Positions 49,763 to 61,044 of a stretch of 64,000 bases of DNA are shown one piece after another. Position 1 is the first letter of the stretch. Each line of letters opens with the position of its first letter. A model generated the notes under the pieces. It searched no databases. It was not told the origin of the DNA and saw only the letters and a list, made by a program, of their open reading frames with translations. Source of the stretch: Thermoanaerobaculia bacterium (GTDB taxonomy: Bacteria; Acidobacteriota; Thermoanaerobaculia; UBA5066); the NCBI GenBank assembly GCA_963746875.1, contig CAVVDA010000005.1, positions 80,390 to 144,389 on the forward strand, given 5' to 3'. Position numbers and translations under genes: made by a program.

Positions 49763-50990
49763 GCACGTGGCTTGAGCGCGTCGACGCTGTTCTCCGGTCT
49801 GGCGTGGCTCGAGGCGCTCGGGCCCGCAGAGGATCCGCCCGGGCCTGAGCGCGGACTCGCGCCCTCTTAGCCTCTCTAGGAAATCCCCAATCTTCCTTTT
49901 CTTCGATCCTCATCGGCAGGCACGAACGGCAAGGGGTCGACCGCCGCGACGATCTCCGCGATCCTCACGGCCGCGGGCGTTCCCTGCGGGCTCTACACGT
50001 CGCCGCATCTCGTCTCCGTGACGGAGCGCATGCGCGCTGAACGACCGCGACGTCTCGCCCGCCGCGCTCGACGACGCGCTCGCGCTCGTCGCGCGCGTCG
50101 CGGCGCCGGGCCTCCGCGGGCCCACGTACTTCGAGGCGCTCACGGTCGCGGCGTTCGAGCTGTTTCGGCGCGCGCGCGTCCGGATCGGCCGTCGTGGAGG
50201 TCGGGATCGGAGGGCGGCTCGATGCGACGAACGTCCTTTCGCCCGAGGTCTCGATCGTGACGAACGTCGCGCGCCGACCATCTCGACGTTCTCGGCCCCA
50301 CGCTCGAGGACGTCGCGCGCGAGAAGGCCGGGATCTTCCGGAAGGGCCAGCCGGCGCTCGTCGGGGCGTCGGGCACCGCCGAAGGCCCGCGCGCCGTCGC
50401 TCCACGCCGAGGCGCGGCGGATCGGGGCGCGCCTCGTGGAGATCCCTCCGGCCGGCGGACGTCGCTCTTCGCGCTGCCGGGAGCGCACCAGAGGCAGAAC
50501 CTCGCGCTCGCGCTCGCGGCCGCGCGCGCCGTCGCGCCGCTCGACGAGGCGACCGTCGCGCGCGGTCTCGCGGCCGTGCGCTGGCCCGGGCGCCTGCAGA
50601 CGCTCGAACGCGCCGGGGCGAGGCCCCTCCTTCTCGACGGCGCCCACAACCCGCCGGGTGCTTCCGCTCTCGCGGAGCATCTCGACGCGACGGGCCTTTC
50701 GGGCCGGGTCGACCTCCTCTTCGGCGGCCTTTCGGACAAGGACCTGCCGGGCGTTTTCGCGCCGCTCGCCGCGCGCGCGCGCCGGATCGTCCTCGTGGCG
50801 CCCGAGTCGCCGCGGGCCGAGAAGCCCGAGGCGCTGCGCGCGCGGCTGGGGCGGCCGGACCTCGAAACGGCGCGATTCCGTGGCCGAGGGGCTCGCGCGG
50901 CTCGAGGAGGCGGACGGGGACGGCCCGGTTCTCGTCGCCGGCTCGCTCTATCTCGTCGGCGAGGTGCTGCGGCTAAGATCGAGAGCGTGA
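49757..50990 (+). CDS. folC: Folylpolyglutamate synthase / dihydrofolate synthase; at least 5 frameshifts
   Basis: Pieces: [129 protein letters not shown]. Stop at 50988-50990. Confidence 0.8.
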
Positions 50991-52370
50991 CCGCGCCTTC
51001 TCCCGCCGTGGCTCTCGTCCCCACTCTCACGAAGAAGGACCTCGAGGCCCAGGAGGACGCGCGGCTCGCGATCTACGCCTCGCGCGCGTCGCGCGCCGTG
51101 CGGCGGTACCCGATCGCCGAGGAAGGGAAGACGTACGACTACCGGACGGAGTACCAGCGCGACCGCGACCGCATCATCCACTCGCGCGCCTTCCGAAGGC
51201 TCAAGCACAAGACGCAGGTCTTCATCCCGTTCGAGGGCGACCACTACCGGACGCGCCTCACGCACACGCTCGAGGTCACGCAGATCGCCCGCACGATGGC
51301 CCGGGCGCTCGCGCCTGAACGAGGACCTCGCCGAGGCCTGCGCGCTCGGCCACGACCTCGGCCACACGCCGTTCGGGCATTCGGGCGAGAAGGTGCTGAA
51401 CCGCATCCTCACCGGGGGCGAGCCTTCGATCCCGATCGACCCGAAGGTCGCCGCGCACGTCGGGGCGTTCAAGCACAACTACCAGTCCGTGCGCGTCGTC
51501 GACGTCCTCGAGAAGCGCTACGAGCACCCCGGCCTCAACCTCACGAACGACACGCGCGAGGGCATCCTCAAGCACACGACGTGGCGCCGCGACTTCCCGT
51601 TTCCCGACGTGGACGCCGAGGGCCTGAACCTCTCGTCCGGCGGCCACCTCGAGTGCCAGGCCGTGGGGTGGGCCGACGAGTTCGCCCAGCAGGCGCACGA
51701 CCTCGAGGACGGCCTCAAGCTCGTGGATTTCGACAAGGTGCTCGCGCTGCTCCGTGTCGCGCGCGGTCGTGGACGCGCTCGGCCCCGCCTACGCGGCGAC
51801 GAAGGACAACACGGTGCGGCAGGCCATGCTCATCCGCGGGATGATCCACCTCCTCGTCACCGACCTCATCACGGCCTCGCGCGCCTCGATCGGGAAGTGG
51901 CTCGAGGCGAAGAAGATCGCGACGCTCCGACGAGTTCTACGCCCAGCGCCGCAAGCTCCCGGCTTCGCTCGTCGCCCCTTCGAAGACGGGCGACCGCTTC
52001 TACCAGGAGCTCAAGGAGTTCATCTACCAGAACGTCATCCACAGCTACCGCGTCGCGCGGCACGACGGGCGCGCGCAGCTCGTCGTCACGACGCTGTTTT
52101 CGGCGTGGTACAGGAACCCGCGCCTCCTGCCCGACTACGTGCTCCTGCGCTACCGCGACCTCGCGGGCGTCCCGTACCTGCGCGACGTCCCGCTCAAGCG
52201 CCTCGACGCGGAGATCGCCTCGAACTACACGAAGAAGCCTCTCTTCCTGCGCGCGATCGCGGACCACCTCGCCGGGATGACCGACAGCTACGCCCTCGCC
52301 GAGTACGACTCGATGGTGTCCGCCTATCCGCGTCACGCGCCCGGAAGGCCCCTGACGCGCCAGGCCGGCC
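50987..52370 (+). CDS. dGTP triphosphohydrolase-like HD-domain protein; at least 4 frameshifts, 3' end approximate
   Basis: GTG 50987 (GTGA overlap with the folC stop). [61 protein letters not shown], then pieces in ORFs 51393, 51754 and 52139 ([17 protein letters not shown]). Confidence 0.75.
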
Positions 52371-52403
52371 GCCGCGATACGATCCGAGAGCTCTGGAGGA
52401 TCC

Positions 52404-53684
52404 ATGTCGACGACCGCCAGCCGCGCCACGCTCATGAACCGGTCTCTTGCCGAGACCGATCCCGAGATCGCCCGCATCATCGCGGCCGAGCTCGCGCGGC
52501 AGCGCGAGGGAATCGAGCTGATCGCGTCCGAGAACTTCACGTCGCGGGCCGTCCTCGAGGCGGTCGGCTCGGTCCTCACGAACAAGTACGCCGAGGGATA
52601 TCCGGGAAAGCGCTACTACGGCGGCTGCGAGTTCGTGGACCAGTCCGAGTCGCTCGTCATCTCGCGCGCCAAGGCGCTCTTCTCGCCGGGCAATCCCGAC
52701 GCGATCCACGTGAACGCCCAGCCGCACGCCGGCGCCCAGGCGAACACGGCCGTTTACATGGCCTGCCTGAAACCCGGCGACACGTTCATGGGGATGTCCC
52801 TCGCGCACGGCGGCCACCTGACCCACGGCCACCCGCTCAACGTCTCCGGGAAGCTCTACCGCGTCGTGGCCTACGGCGTCAGGAAGGACACGGAGGTCAT
52901 CGACTTCGACGAGCTTCGCGCCATCGCCGAGCGCGAGAAGCCGAAGCTCATCGTGGCGGGCGCCTCGGCGTACCCGCGCACGCTCGACTTCCCGAAGTTC
53001 CGCGAGGTCGCCGACGCCGTCGGCGCGCTCCTCATGGTCGACATGGCGCACATCGCGGGACTCGTGGCGACGGGCCTGCACCCTTCGCCCGTCGGCCACG
53101 CGCACTTCGTGACGACGACGACGCACAAGACGCTGCGCGGGCCGCGCGCGGGGCTGATCCTCTGCGTGCCCGAGTGGGCCAAGGAGGTCGACAGGGCCGT
53201 TTTCCCGGGCCAGCAGGGCGGCCCGCTCGAGCACGTCATCGCGGCCAAGGCCGTGGCGCTGAAGGAGGCGATGGAGCCGGACTTCGCGAGGTACCAGAAG
53301 CAGGTCGTCGCGAACACCCGAGTCCTCGCGGAGGCCGTGGCCGCGAAGGGTTTCCGGATCGTCTCCGGCGGGACCGACAACCACCTCTTCCTCGTCGACG
53401 TCGGAAAGAAGGGGCTGACGGGGAAGGTCTGCGAGAAGGCGCTCGACGCCGCGGGCATCACCGTGAACAAGAACACGATTCCCTTCGACCCGAATCCGCC
53501 TCTCGTCACGTCGGGCCTGCGCATCGGGACGCCGGCCGTCACGACGCGCGGCATGGGCGAGGCCGAGATGAAGACCATCGCCGGCTGGATCGGCGAGGTG
53601 CTCGACGCGCCGGAGGACGCCTCCATTCAGGCGCGCGTCAAGGAGAAGGTCCGGGAGCTGACGGCGGCGTTCCCGCTCTACTGA
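52404..53684 (+). CDS. glyA: Serine hydroxymethyltransferase
   Basis: Intact ORF 52404..53684. [37 protein letters not shown] (PLP lysine), GGTDNHL. TACGAT -10-like box at 52378 and GGAGGA SD. Confidence 0.95.
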   Translation: MSTTASRATLMNRSLAETDPEIARIIAAELARQREGIELIASENFTSRAVLEAVGSVLTNKYAEGYPGKRYYGGCEFVDQSESLVISRAKALFSPGNPDAIHVNAQPHAGAQANTAVYMACLKPGDTFMGMSLAHGGHLTHGHPLNVSGKLYRVVAYGVRKDTEVIDFDELRAIAEREKPKLIVAGASAYPRTLDFPKFREVADAVGALLMVDMAHIAGLVATGLHPSPVGHAHFVTTTTHKTLRGPRAGLILCVPEWAKEVDRAVFPGQQGGPLEHVIAAKAVALKEAMEPDFARYQKQVVANTRVLAEAVAAKGFRIVSGGTDNHLFLVDVGKKGLTGKVCEKALDAAGITVNKNTIPFDPNPPLVTSGLRIGTPAVTTRGMGEAEMKTIAGWIGEVLDAPEDASIQARVKEKVRELTAAFPLY

Positions 53685-53687
53685 GGT

Positions 53688-55763
53688 TCACTGCGACGCG
53701 ACGTTCCCGAACATGCTGAGCACGCGGAAGCGGGCCGCTCCCGATGAATTGCAGCTCGATCGCCGCGTCGGAATCGCCCGTGAGATAGCCCCCGGGACCG
53801 AGGCTCGTCGGTCCCGGGAACGTGTAGATCGGGCCGCCGTCGACCCCGGCCACGAGCTTCGTCCCGTCGGAGGAAGACGCGACGGATTTCCAATTTCGGT
53901 CGCTGTCGCGCGGCGTCCAGGTGAATCCCGAGTCGGTCGACGTGTAGATCTGACCGTTCTGAACCACGGCCACGAGCTTCGTCCCGTCGGCCGACGACGC
54001 CACGGACATCCAGCTTCGGAGCGCTTTCGCGCGGCGTCCACGTGACCCCGGAATCCGTCGAGGCGACGATCCCGCCGCCGTTTGCCACCGCGACCAGCTT
54101 CGTCCCGTCGGAAGACGAGGCCACCGAGGTCCAGGAGGCCTCTCCCAACCTCGGCGTCCAGGTAGCTCCCGAGTCCGTCGACGTGTAGAGCGAAGCTGAG
54201 TTCGGTCGATCCGATGAGCTTCACGCCGTCGGCGGACGAGGCCAGGGACGTCCAGACATGGCTGGTGCCGGGCCGCGGCGTCCAGTTGACGCCCGAGTTC
54301 GTCGACGTGTAGATCAGGCCGAAGTTGACGCCGGCCACCAGCTTCGTCCCGTCGGCGGACGACGCGACCGCCTGCCAGAGTCGGCTGCTCTCGTGCCCCG
54401 CCCAGTCGGCCCCGGAGTTCGCCGACGTGTAGATCAGGCCGCCCAATTCCACGGCCACGAGGTTCGTCCCGTCGGCCGACGACGCCACCGCGGCCCACAC
54501 CCGAGGGCGTCTCGCGCCCAGTCCAGGTCACTCCGGAATCGGTCGACGTGAAGATCGGACCGATGTTGTGGTCCACGGCCACGAGCTTCGTCCCGTCGGA
54601 GGACGACGCGATCGAGAACCAGGCCCCGTTGCTCGCCCGCGGCGTCCAGCCCAGAGGACCCGTCACCTGCTGGCCGGCATTGAGCGCGACCCTCCATCCC
54701 CCCGGCCCCAGGCCCGCCACCCTCACGACATCCCCGAGGACGGGAGATGCCGGCAACGTGATCGTCACCTGCGCCGCGTTGTTCGCCAGGTAGCCGACGT
54801 TCGAGGCCGCCTGCTGGGACACTCCCGTGACCTGGACCCACGTCGCGCCCGAACCCGTCGGCCCGGTCGGGCCCGTGGGGCCCGGGACGGTGGAGGCGGC
54901 ACCCGTCAGCGCCCGTTGGACCCGTGGGGCCCGGGACGGTGGAGGCGGCACCCGTAGCACCTGTTGCGCCCGACGCCCCGTTCAGGCCGGTGACGCCGAT
55001 GGAGCCCGTCGAACCGGTGGCTCCCGTCGGCCCGGTCGGACCCGGTGGTCCCGCCCGAGCCCGTTGACGCGATCGTCAGCGTACTGCCCGAGGGCGTGAT
55101 CGTCACGTTGGTGCCTTGGGCGAGGGTCACGGCGCCCCCTAACCCGTTCAGGCTGTTGACGACTCCCAGCGGCGAGTAATAGCCGTTGATGTCGACGAAG
55201 ATGTCCACGGTGCCCGGCCCATCCACCTGCACGGTCACGGCTCCACCGGCTCCGAGAGGCACCACGGCGGCGTTGGCGAGAGACAGAATGCCCGCTTCCC
55301 AGTTGAGCGTCGAGACCAGAGGGGTCGTCGCGCCCGTCGGGAACACGCGCAGATCGCCCCGCGTGGTCGGAACCCAGACGGCGAAATTGAACGACACCGC
55401 CTGGGCGTCCGCAGGAATGCCGCATTGCCCGTTGATCACGAACGTCCTCTGCGCACCGCCTCCGGGTAACGAGGGCTGGCCGTAGCCGGCGGGGAAGCCG
55501 CTACCCGCGCGCGTGTCGATGACGCGGCACGGCGTTACGGCGACGAACGGCAGAGGTCCGGATAGCGTCACGAGCGCCTGGCGTCCCGCCCCGCGTGCGG
55601 CGCTCTCGGTACCTTCGGCATTCCCCGCCGGCGTCCAGTACGGCGGGGCCGTCCAGTTCTGAGGTCCGTCGGAAAGGGCGTCTCCGGTCGCGGCGATCAG
55701 CGCGAGCGGTGGAACGAGAGCGACGACCAAAGCGAGAGCGACACCCTTCCCTGATCCCTTCAT
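53688..55763 (-). CDS. Secreted protein: signal peptide, about 200-aa N-terminal domain, collagen-like G-X-Y tract, 7-blade BNR/Asp-box-like beta-propeller; many frameshifts
   Basis: AAAGGAGG SD plus ATG 55763 ([25 protein letters not shown]; [18 protein letters not shown]; [12 protein letters not shown], in ORF 54906..57119). G-X-Y run [31 protein letters not shown]...[10 protein letters not shown] (54830-55060). Blades like [16 protein letters not shown]..[15 protein letters not shown] in ORFs 53638, 53688 and 53678. Confidence 0.65.
53790..54660 (-). repeat. Seven tandem coding repeats (propeller blades), period about 120-124 nt
   Basis: The motif (C/G)AGCTTCGTCCCGTCGG recurs at about 53854, 53974, 54095, 54216, 54339, 54459 and 54583. 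Confidence 0.8.
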
Positions 55764-55825
55764 GAGAGAACCTCCTTTGAAAGACCTATGTCGTGGCTGG
55801 CCGTTCCGCCATGATTCAGTTCGAA

Positions 55826-57151
55826 TCAAACGTTCGGAGACGTCTCCGGCGACCGCCTGGAAATCCACCACCAGTTGAGGGTGGCGACGACGCCGGTGGC
55901 TGCGAGGGCGATGGCTTCGCGCTGGTGCACACGCGTGACGAGCACGAGCGTCATGGCGACCCCCAGGAAACTGAGAAGGGGTCCGAACGGAATCGTGAAT
56001 CCCCGGCGTTCCGGCAGATTGCGCCGCAGCGGCACGAGCGCGGCGCAGGTCGTTCCGTACGTGACGAGGCGAGCGCCGATGGACAGGGCCAGTGCCGCCC
56101 GGAAGCTGCCGGTGACGGCGACCGCCCAGGTGCAGGCGCCGAACAACACGATGGACAGGTGGGGTGTCTTGAAGCGGGGATGAAGCCTGGCGAGGAACGG
56201 CGGAAAGTCGCCCTTGTCGGCCAGGGCGTACGCGAGTCTCGGCGAGCCGAGGACGCTGGCGGACAGGTATCCGTAGATGCAGACCATCGCGCCGATGCTC
56301 GTGAGAACGGCGCCGACGGGTCCGAAGAGCCCGGAGGCGAGGACGGCGAGCGGGCGGGCGCTGCTCTGCGCGCCGGGCGTGTTCAGCACGGCGATCTGGA
56401 TCAGGGAGTAGATCGCGATGCAGAACGCGAGTCCGACGGCGAGCGCGAAGGGCACGACGCGACGGGGGTTCTCGACCTCGCCGAGCGGCATCAAGGCCGT
56501 CTCGAATCCCCCGTACATGAACGAGAGCAGGAGGAGCGCTTCGAACCAGTTCCTGACCCCGGGCGCTGCGACGTCGGACATCGCCACGACGATCGCCCTG
56601 GCCGCCTGAATGAGCCGCGCCATAGAGCCCGAGGCCGATCAGCAGCGAGATTTTCACCACGGCGAAGAGGCTGCTGAGATTCGCTCCGCTCCGCACGCCT
56701 ATGTAGTTGCCCGCGGTCAGTCCGCCGAGGAGGAGCGTGAGCACGACGGCGCGCGGCCATCCGTGCTCGACGGAGGGAATCAGTCCGCCGAGATAGGAGA
56801 CGAAGAGCGACGCTCCGGCCGCCGTGGCCGTGAGGCGAACCGCCCAGGAGAACCACCCCACCTGGATTCCGGCGAACCGGCCGAAGACGGTGCGGGCGTA
56901 GATATAGGAACCGCCGGGCTCGGGGATCTTCGAGGCGACCTCGGCGGTGCAGGCGATGATGATGGCCGTGGAAAAGCCGCCGACGATGACGGCCAGCACG
57001 CTCGCTTTCCCGAGCAGGGTGACGTATTCGGCGGGAAGGCCGAAGACCGCGCTGCCGACGATGGCGTTCACGACCAGCCAGGTCAGACCCCATCTGCCGA
57101 TCGCGCGGATCAGCGGCACGGCGAGCCGTCGAGGAGTTCCGAGCCCGTCAT
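55826..57151 (-). CDS. APC-family amino acid permease; frameshifts near 56630 and possibly 57120
   Basis: N-terminus of ORF 54906..57119 (LTWLVVNAIVGSAVFGLPAEY, PEPGGSYIYARTVFG). ORF 55826..56623 (MYGGFETALMPLGEVENPRR, later TM helices). Start is ATG 57151 (MTGSELLDGSP) or GTG 57119. Confidence 0.75.
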
Positions 57152-57156
57152 CCGGC

Positions 57157-57939
57157 TCAGGTCTTCGTCCTCAGGCGCCGCCGGATGCGGAACACCTCGA
57201 GGTATGCCTGCGCGCCGCCGAGAAGCGTGACGCGCGAGTCGGGGGAGTTGAACCAGAGGACGGGCACCTCGGCGATCGGATAGCCGAGCCCGCGCGCGAG
57301 GGCGAGCGCCTCGACGTCGAACGCGAAGCGGTCGACCCGGGCGCGAGAGAAGATCGCCCGCGCGGCCTCCCGCGTGAAGAGCTTGAAGCCGCACTGGGTG
57401 TCGCGGATGCCCGGCACGACGAGGAGGCGCACGATCCGGTTGAAGAGCTTGCCCATGGCTCTCCGTCCGATCGACTGGTGCTCCTTGACGAGCGACTCGT
57501 CCAGGGCGCGCGAGCCGATCGCGACCGGCGCGTTCGCCGACGCGAGCTTCTCCCATTCGTAGATGGGCGTCGAGAAGTCCGCGTCCGACACGAGGATGAG
57601 GCGGCCCGCGGCCTCGAGGCAGCCGGTGCGGACCGCGAAGCCCTTGCCGCGGTTCTGCGGGAGGCGGAGGACGCGGACGTCGAGGCCGTGGCGGCGTCCC
57701 GCGTCCTCGGCGCGCGAGGCCGTCGCGTCGGAGGAGCCGTCGTCCACGACGAGGACCTCGACGCGGGGCGCCGACGGCCGGGCGGCGAGATAGGCCGAGA
57801 CCGCCCCGAGCGAGGCGGGCAGCCGCTCTTCCTCGTTGTAGGCGGGGATGACGATCGTCAGGTCGACGCCCCGCAGCGGCTCCGTGCGCGCGGGCGCGGC
57901 CTGCGTCCCGAGCGCGGGACTTCCGCGTGTCGCCGTCAC
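57157..57939 (-). CDS. Family 2 glycosyltransferase (polyprenyl-phosphate glycosyltransferase-like)
   Basis: In-frame tail of ORF 57157..60330 from GTG 57939. DLTIVIPAYNEEERL, VLVVDDGSSD, QNRGKGFAV, LVSDADFSTP, DTQCGFKLF. Confidence 0.8.
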   Translation of the reverse strand: MTATRGSPALGTQAAPARTEPLRGVDLTIVIPAYNEEERLPASLGAVSAYLAARPSAPRVEVLVVDDGSSDATASRAEDAGRRHGLDVRVLRLPQNRGKGFAVRTGCLEAAGRLILVSDADFSTPIYEWEKLASANAPVAIGSRALDESLVKEHQSIGRRAMGKLFNRIVRLLVVPGIRDTQCGFKLFTREAARAIFSRARVDRFAFDVEALALARGLGYPIAEVPVLWFNSPDSRVTLLGGAQAYLEVFRIRRRLRTKT

Positions 57940-58638
57940 GACGGGCGCGCCTCGTAGACGAACTGGTAGCCGAAGAGAGTGGGCCAGAGGCGCGCCGCGG
58001 CGAGCGCGGCGGCGCGCACGACCCCGGCGAGAGGCGGGCGTGAAAGCGCGGGAAGGGCGAGCTCGAGCGGCATCGCGGTCGCGTCGATCGACAGGACGCG
58101 AAAGCCGCTCTCCTCGAGGAGGGCGCGGCCGGTCTTCCGCGTGTAGAAGCGCAGATGCGTGCGGTCGAGGATGCCGCGGGGCGCGTAGTGGAAACGCCCG
58201 AACAGAAGTGCCGAGCCGCACGGTGACGTTCGCGACGTTCGGCAGCGAGAGCAGGAGAACTCCGTCCGGCTTCAGAAGCCGCCTCAGGGAGTCCAGCAGG
58301 ACTTCGGGACGCGGCAGATGCTCCAGGACGTCGCCGGCCACGATCACGTCGAAGGGCTCCTTCCACGGTCCGGAAATCCCCTCGAGGAGGTCGCCGGTCA
58401 CGGGCTCGTCGAAGAACGGAGCGCCTTCCTTCGCCGCCTCGGGGTCCAGCTCGACGCCGGCCAGGTACCGGCACGCCGGACGGACGCGCCGCGCGAGGAG
58501 CCCGGCGCCGAAGCCGAGGTCGAGAACGGCGAGGTCCTTTCCGCGCGCGAGGACCTTCTCGAGGAGCAGCACGTGCGAGGAGCCCGGGATCTCCTTCCAG
58601 GGATAGCGCTGCGCCTCGAGGGACGCGGTGTACTTCAG
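57936..58638 (-). CDS. Class I SAM-dependent methyltransferase; 1-2 frameshifts, start uncertain (CTG 58638 or GTG 58572)
   Basis: Frame of ORF 57157..60330: [39 protein letters not shown]. The tail [19 protein letters not shown] and [14 protein letters not shown] is in another frame, and its stop overlaps the GT2 start (GTGA at 57936-57939). Confidence 0.65.
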
Positions 58639-60330
58639 AGCGGCGCCCTCTGCGCGATCGGGATCCTTCGGCCGCTGCCGAAGGCCTTCGCGGATACCTT
58701 CAGGCCGGGCGCCATCTGATTGCGCTTGTACTCGGCGCGGTCCACCTGGCGGGCGATCTTCCTCACGAGCGCGAGCGGAGCGCGCGCCCTTCGCGCGGCG
58801 GCCTCGACGGAGAGATTCCGCTCCACGAGGCTCTCGAGGATCGCGTCGAGAAGCGGGTACGGCGGAAGAGAATCCTGGTCGGTCTGGTCCGGCCGAAGCT
58901 CGGCCGAGGGGGCCTTCGCGAGCGACGCCTCCGGGATGAGCGCGCCTCCCGCGCGCGCGTTGAGATGCCGCGCGAGCGCATAGACCCGCGTCTTCGGGAG
59001 GTCCGAGATCGGGGCGAGCCCGCCGCACATGTCGCCGTAGAGCGTGCAGTAGCCCACGGCGAGCTCGCTCTTGTTGCCGGTCGTGAGGACGAGCGGCCCC
59101 TTCTTGTTCGAGACCGCCATGACGAGGAGGCCGCGCAGGCGCGACTGGATGTTCTCCTCGGTGACATCCTCCCCGAGGCCGCGAAACAGAGGCGCGAGCG
59201 TCCGGCGCGCATCGTCGAAGAGCGTGTCGATCGGCAGGATCTCGAGACGGATGCCGAGGTTCTGCGCGAGAGCGCGCGCATCCGCGACCGAGCCCTCGGA
59301 GGAGTACGGGGACGGCATGGCGAGCCCCGTCACGTTCTCCCGTCCGAGCGCCTCGACCGCGAGGGCCGCGACGAGCGCCGAATCGATTCCCCCCGACAGG
59401 CCGAGCACCGCGGTCGAAAAACCGCACTTTTTGGCGTAGTCGCGGATGCCGAGGACGAGCGCGCGCCGGAGCGACTCGAGCGGATCGCCGCCGGCGATCG
59501 TCGGGAAAGTCGGGCGCTTTCTCTCCCGAGACCGGGACGACTCGCGCGAGCCCCCGCCCGTCCCGCACGATGTCCACGACCACGAAGTCCTCCTCGAACT
59601 GCGCGGCCCGCGCGACGACGCGCCCCCGGCCGTCGAGCACCATCGAGTCGCCGTCGAAGACGAGCTCGTCGTTCCCTCCCACGAGGTTGAGAGACGCCAC
59701 GGGCACCCGCCCGTCGCGCGCGTAGCGGGCGAGCATCCGGCGCCGAAGGCGGGGCTTCCCTTCCGAGAACGGCGAGGCCGAGATCGCGACCACGAGCGTC
59801 GCGCCGCGCTCGACCAGGGCCTCGCCCGGGTCGGCGTGATACAGGCGCCGTCGCCGCCAGAAGTCCTTGTCGTTCCAGAGGTCCTCGCAGACGGGCAGCC
59901 CCAGCCGCTCCCCGCGGAACGGCAGGACGACGCAGCCGTTTCCCGGCTCGAACCAGCGCCCTTCGTCGAAGACGTCGTACGTCGGCAGGAGCGTTTTCTT
60001 CGCGAGGACCTTGACGCGTCCGCCCTCGAGCAGGGCCGAGACGTTGTGGAACGGCTTGCCGACGCGGTTCCGGTTCGGCACGAACGTCCCGACGAGGAGC
60101 GCCGTCCGCCGCGCGCGCCGCGCGAGGTGCGAGAGAGCGCGCGCGGCCTCGCGCACGAACGACGGGCGCTCGAGGAGGTCCAGGGGCGGATAGCCGCAGA
60201 TCGCGAGCTCGGGAAACACGGCCAGATCCGCCCGCGCCTCCTCGGCCCGGGTCAGGCCCTCGAGGATCCGGGCGGTGTTGCCCGCGAAGTCCCCGACGGT
60301 CGTGTCGATCTGGCAAAGCGCGAGGCGCAC
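58635..60330 (-). CDS. nadE: Glutamine-dependent NAD+ synthetase; frameshift near 59500
   Basis: N-terminus of ORF 57157..60330 is a CN-hydrolase domain ([27 protein letters not shown]). ORF 58635..59408 is the synthetase domain ([40 protein letters not shown]). Confidence 0.9.
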
Positions 60331-60338
60331 GGCGCCCC

Positions 60339-61031
60339 CTACGAAAGGCCGGAGGGCTCGGCGGCCTCCACGGGCTCGATCGTCGTGCGCGAGACGAGGT
60401 CCGCGAGCGTCCGTCCGCGGCGGTCGAACGCGGCGACGAGGAGAGGCACGCCCGCGAGCGCGCCGGTCAGCAGGAAGCCGGCGAAGCGCAGCAGCGCGGC
60501 GGACAGGGTGGGAGAGCCGCCGTCCTCGGCGCGAATCCTCAGGTCGGCGAGCGCCATTCCGGGCGTCGTGCCCCAGACGAACGGCGCGAGCACGAGGAGG
60601 ACGAGAGCGGCGAGCAGGAGGAAAGCGGCGAGCGGAAGGAACGCGGGAGGCGGGAAGCGCAGGTCGAGAAGCAGCGCGCCGGCGGCGAGCTCGACCGCGC
60701 CGACGAGGGCGAGGATGAGGAGATCGGCGAGGCCCGCCGCCACCCGCCGCGCGAAAGCCACCGCGCGCGGCCCTTCGAGGTCGCCCCCGGCGGCCGCGGG
60801 CTCGAAGAACATCTCCGCTTCGGGCCTCGACCGTTCGCGAGCCGCCGGAGGCGCCTCGGCGGGAGCCGGCTCTTTGGCGGGCTCTTTCGCGGCACTTTCC
60901 GCCGGGGGGCCGAAAGGCTTCTCGGAGACGTCCGGAAAGAGCTCGAGAGTCGTGCGCGGCGGAGACCGCCGCCGCGGGGGATCGGGAGCGATCGGGTGTT
61001 CGGCGAGCGGATCGCGCGGGGGCTCGGACAT
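60339..61031 (-). CDS. RDD-family membrane protein with a Pro/Glu-rich N-terminus
   Basis: Intact ORF 60339..61031. FARRVAAGLADLLILALVGAV, TTPGMALADLRIRAEDG, and FDRRGRTLADLVSRT carrying the R-D-D signature. Confidence 0.65.
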   Translation of the reverse strand: MSEPPRDPLAEHPIAPDPPRRRSPPRTTLELFPDVSEKPFGPPAESAAKEPAKEPAPAEAPPAARERSRPEAEMFFEPAAAGGDLEGPRAVAFARRVAAGLADLLILALVGAVELAAGALLLDLRFPPPAFLPLAAFLLLAALVLLVLAPFVWGTTPGMALADLRIRAEDGGSPTLSAALLRFAGFLLTGALAGVPLLVAAFDRRGRTLADLVSRTTIEPVEAAEPSGLS

Positions 61032-61044
61032 TTCGCGTCCGGCC

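Noticed and set aside
57157-60330. Single 1057-aa ORF
   Set aside because: It is a chimera of three adjacent genes (nadE N-terminus, methyltransferase, GT2). Out-of-frame stretches in a high-GC frame without stops join them. The nadE C-terminus is in ORF 58635..59408, and GTGA/CTGA junctions mark the real boundaries.
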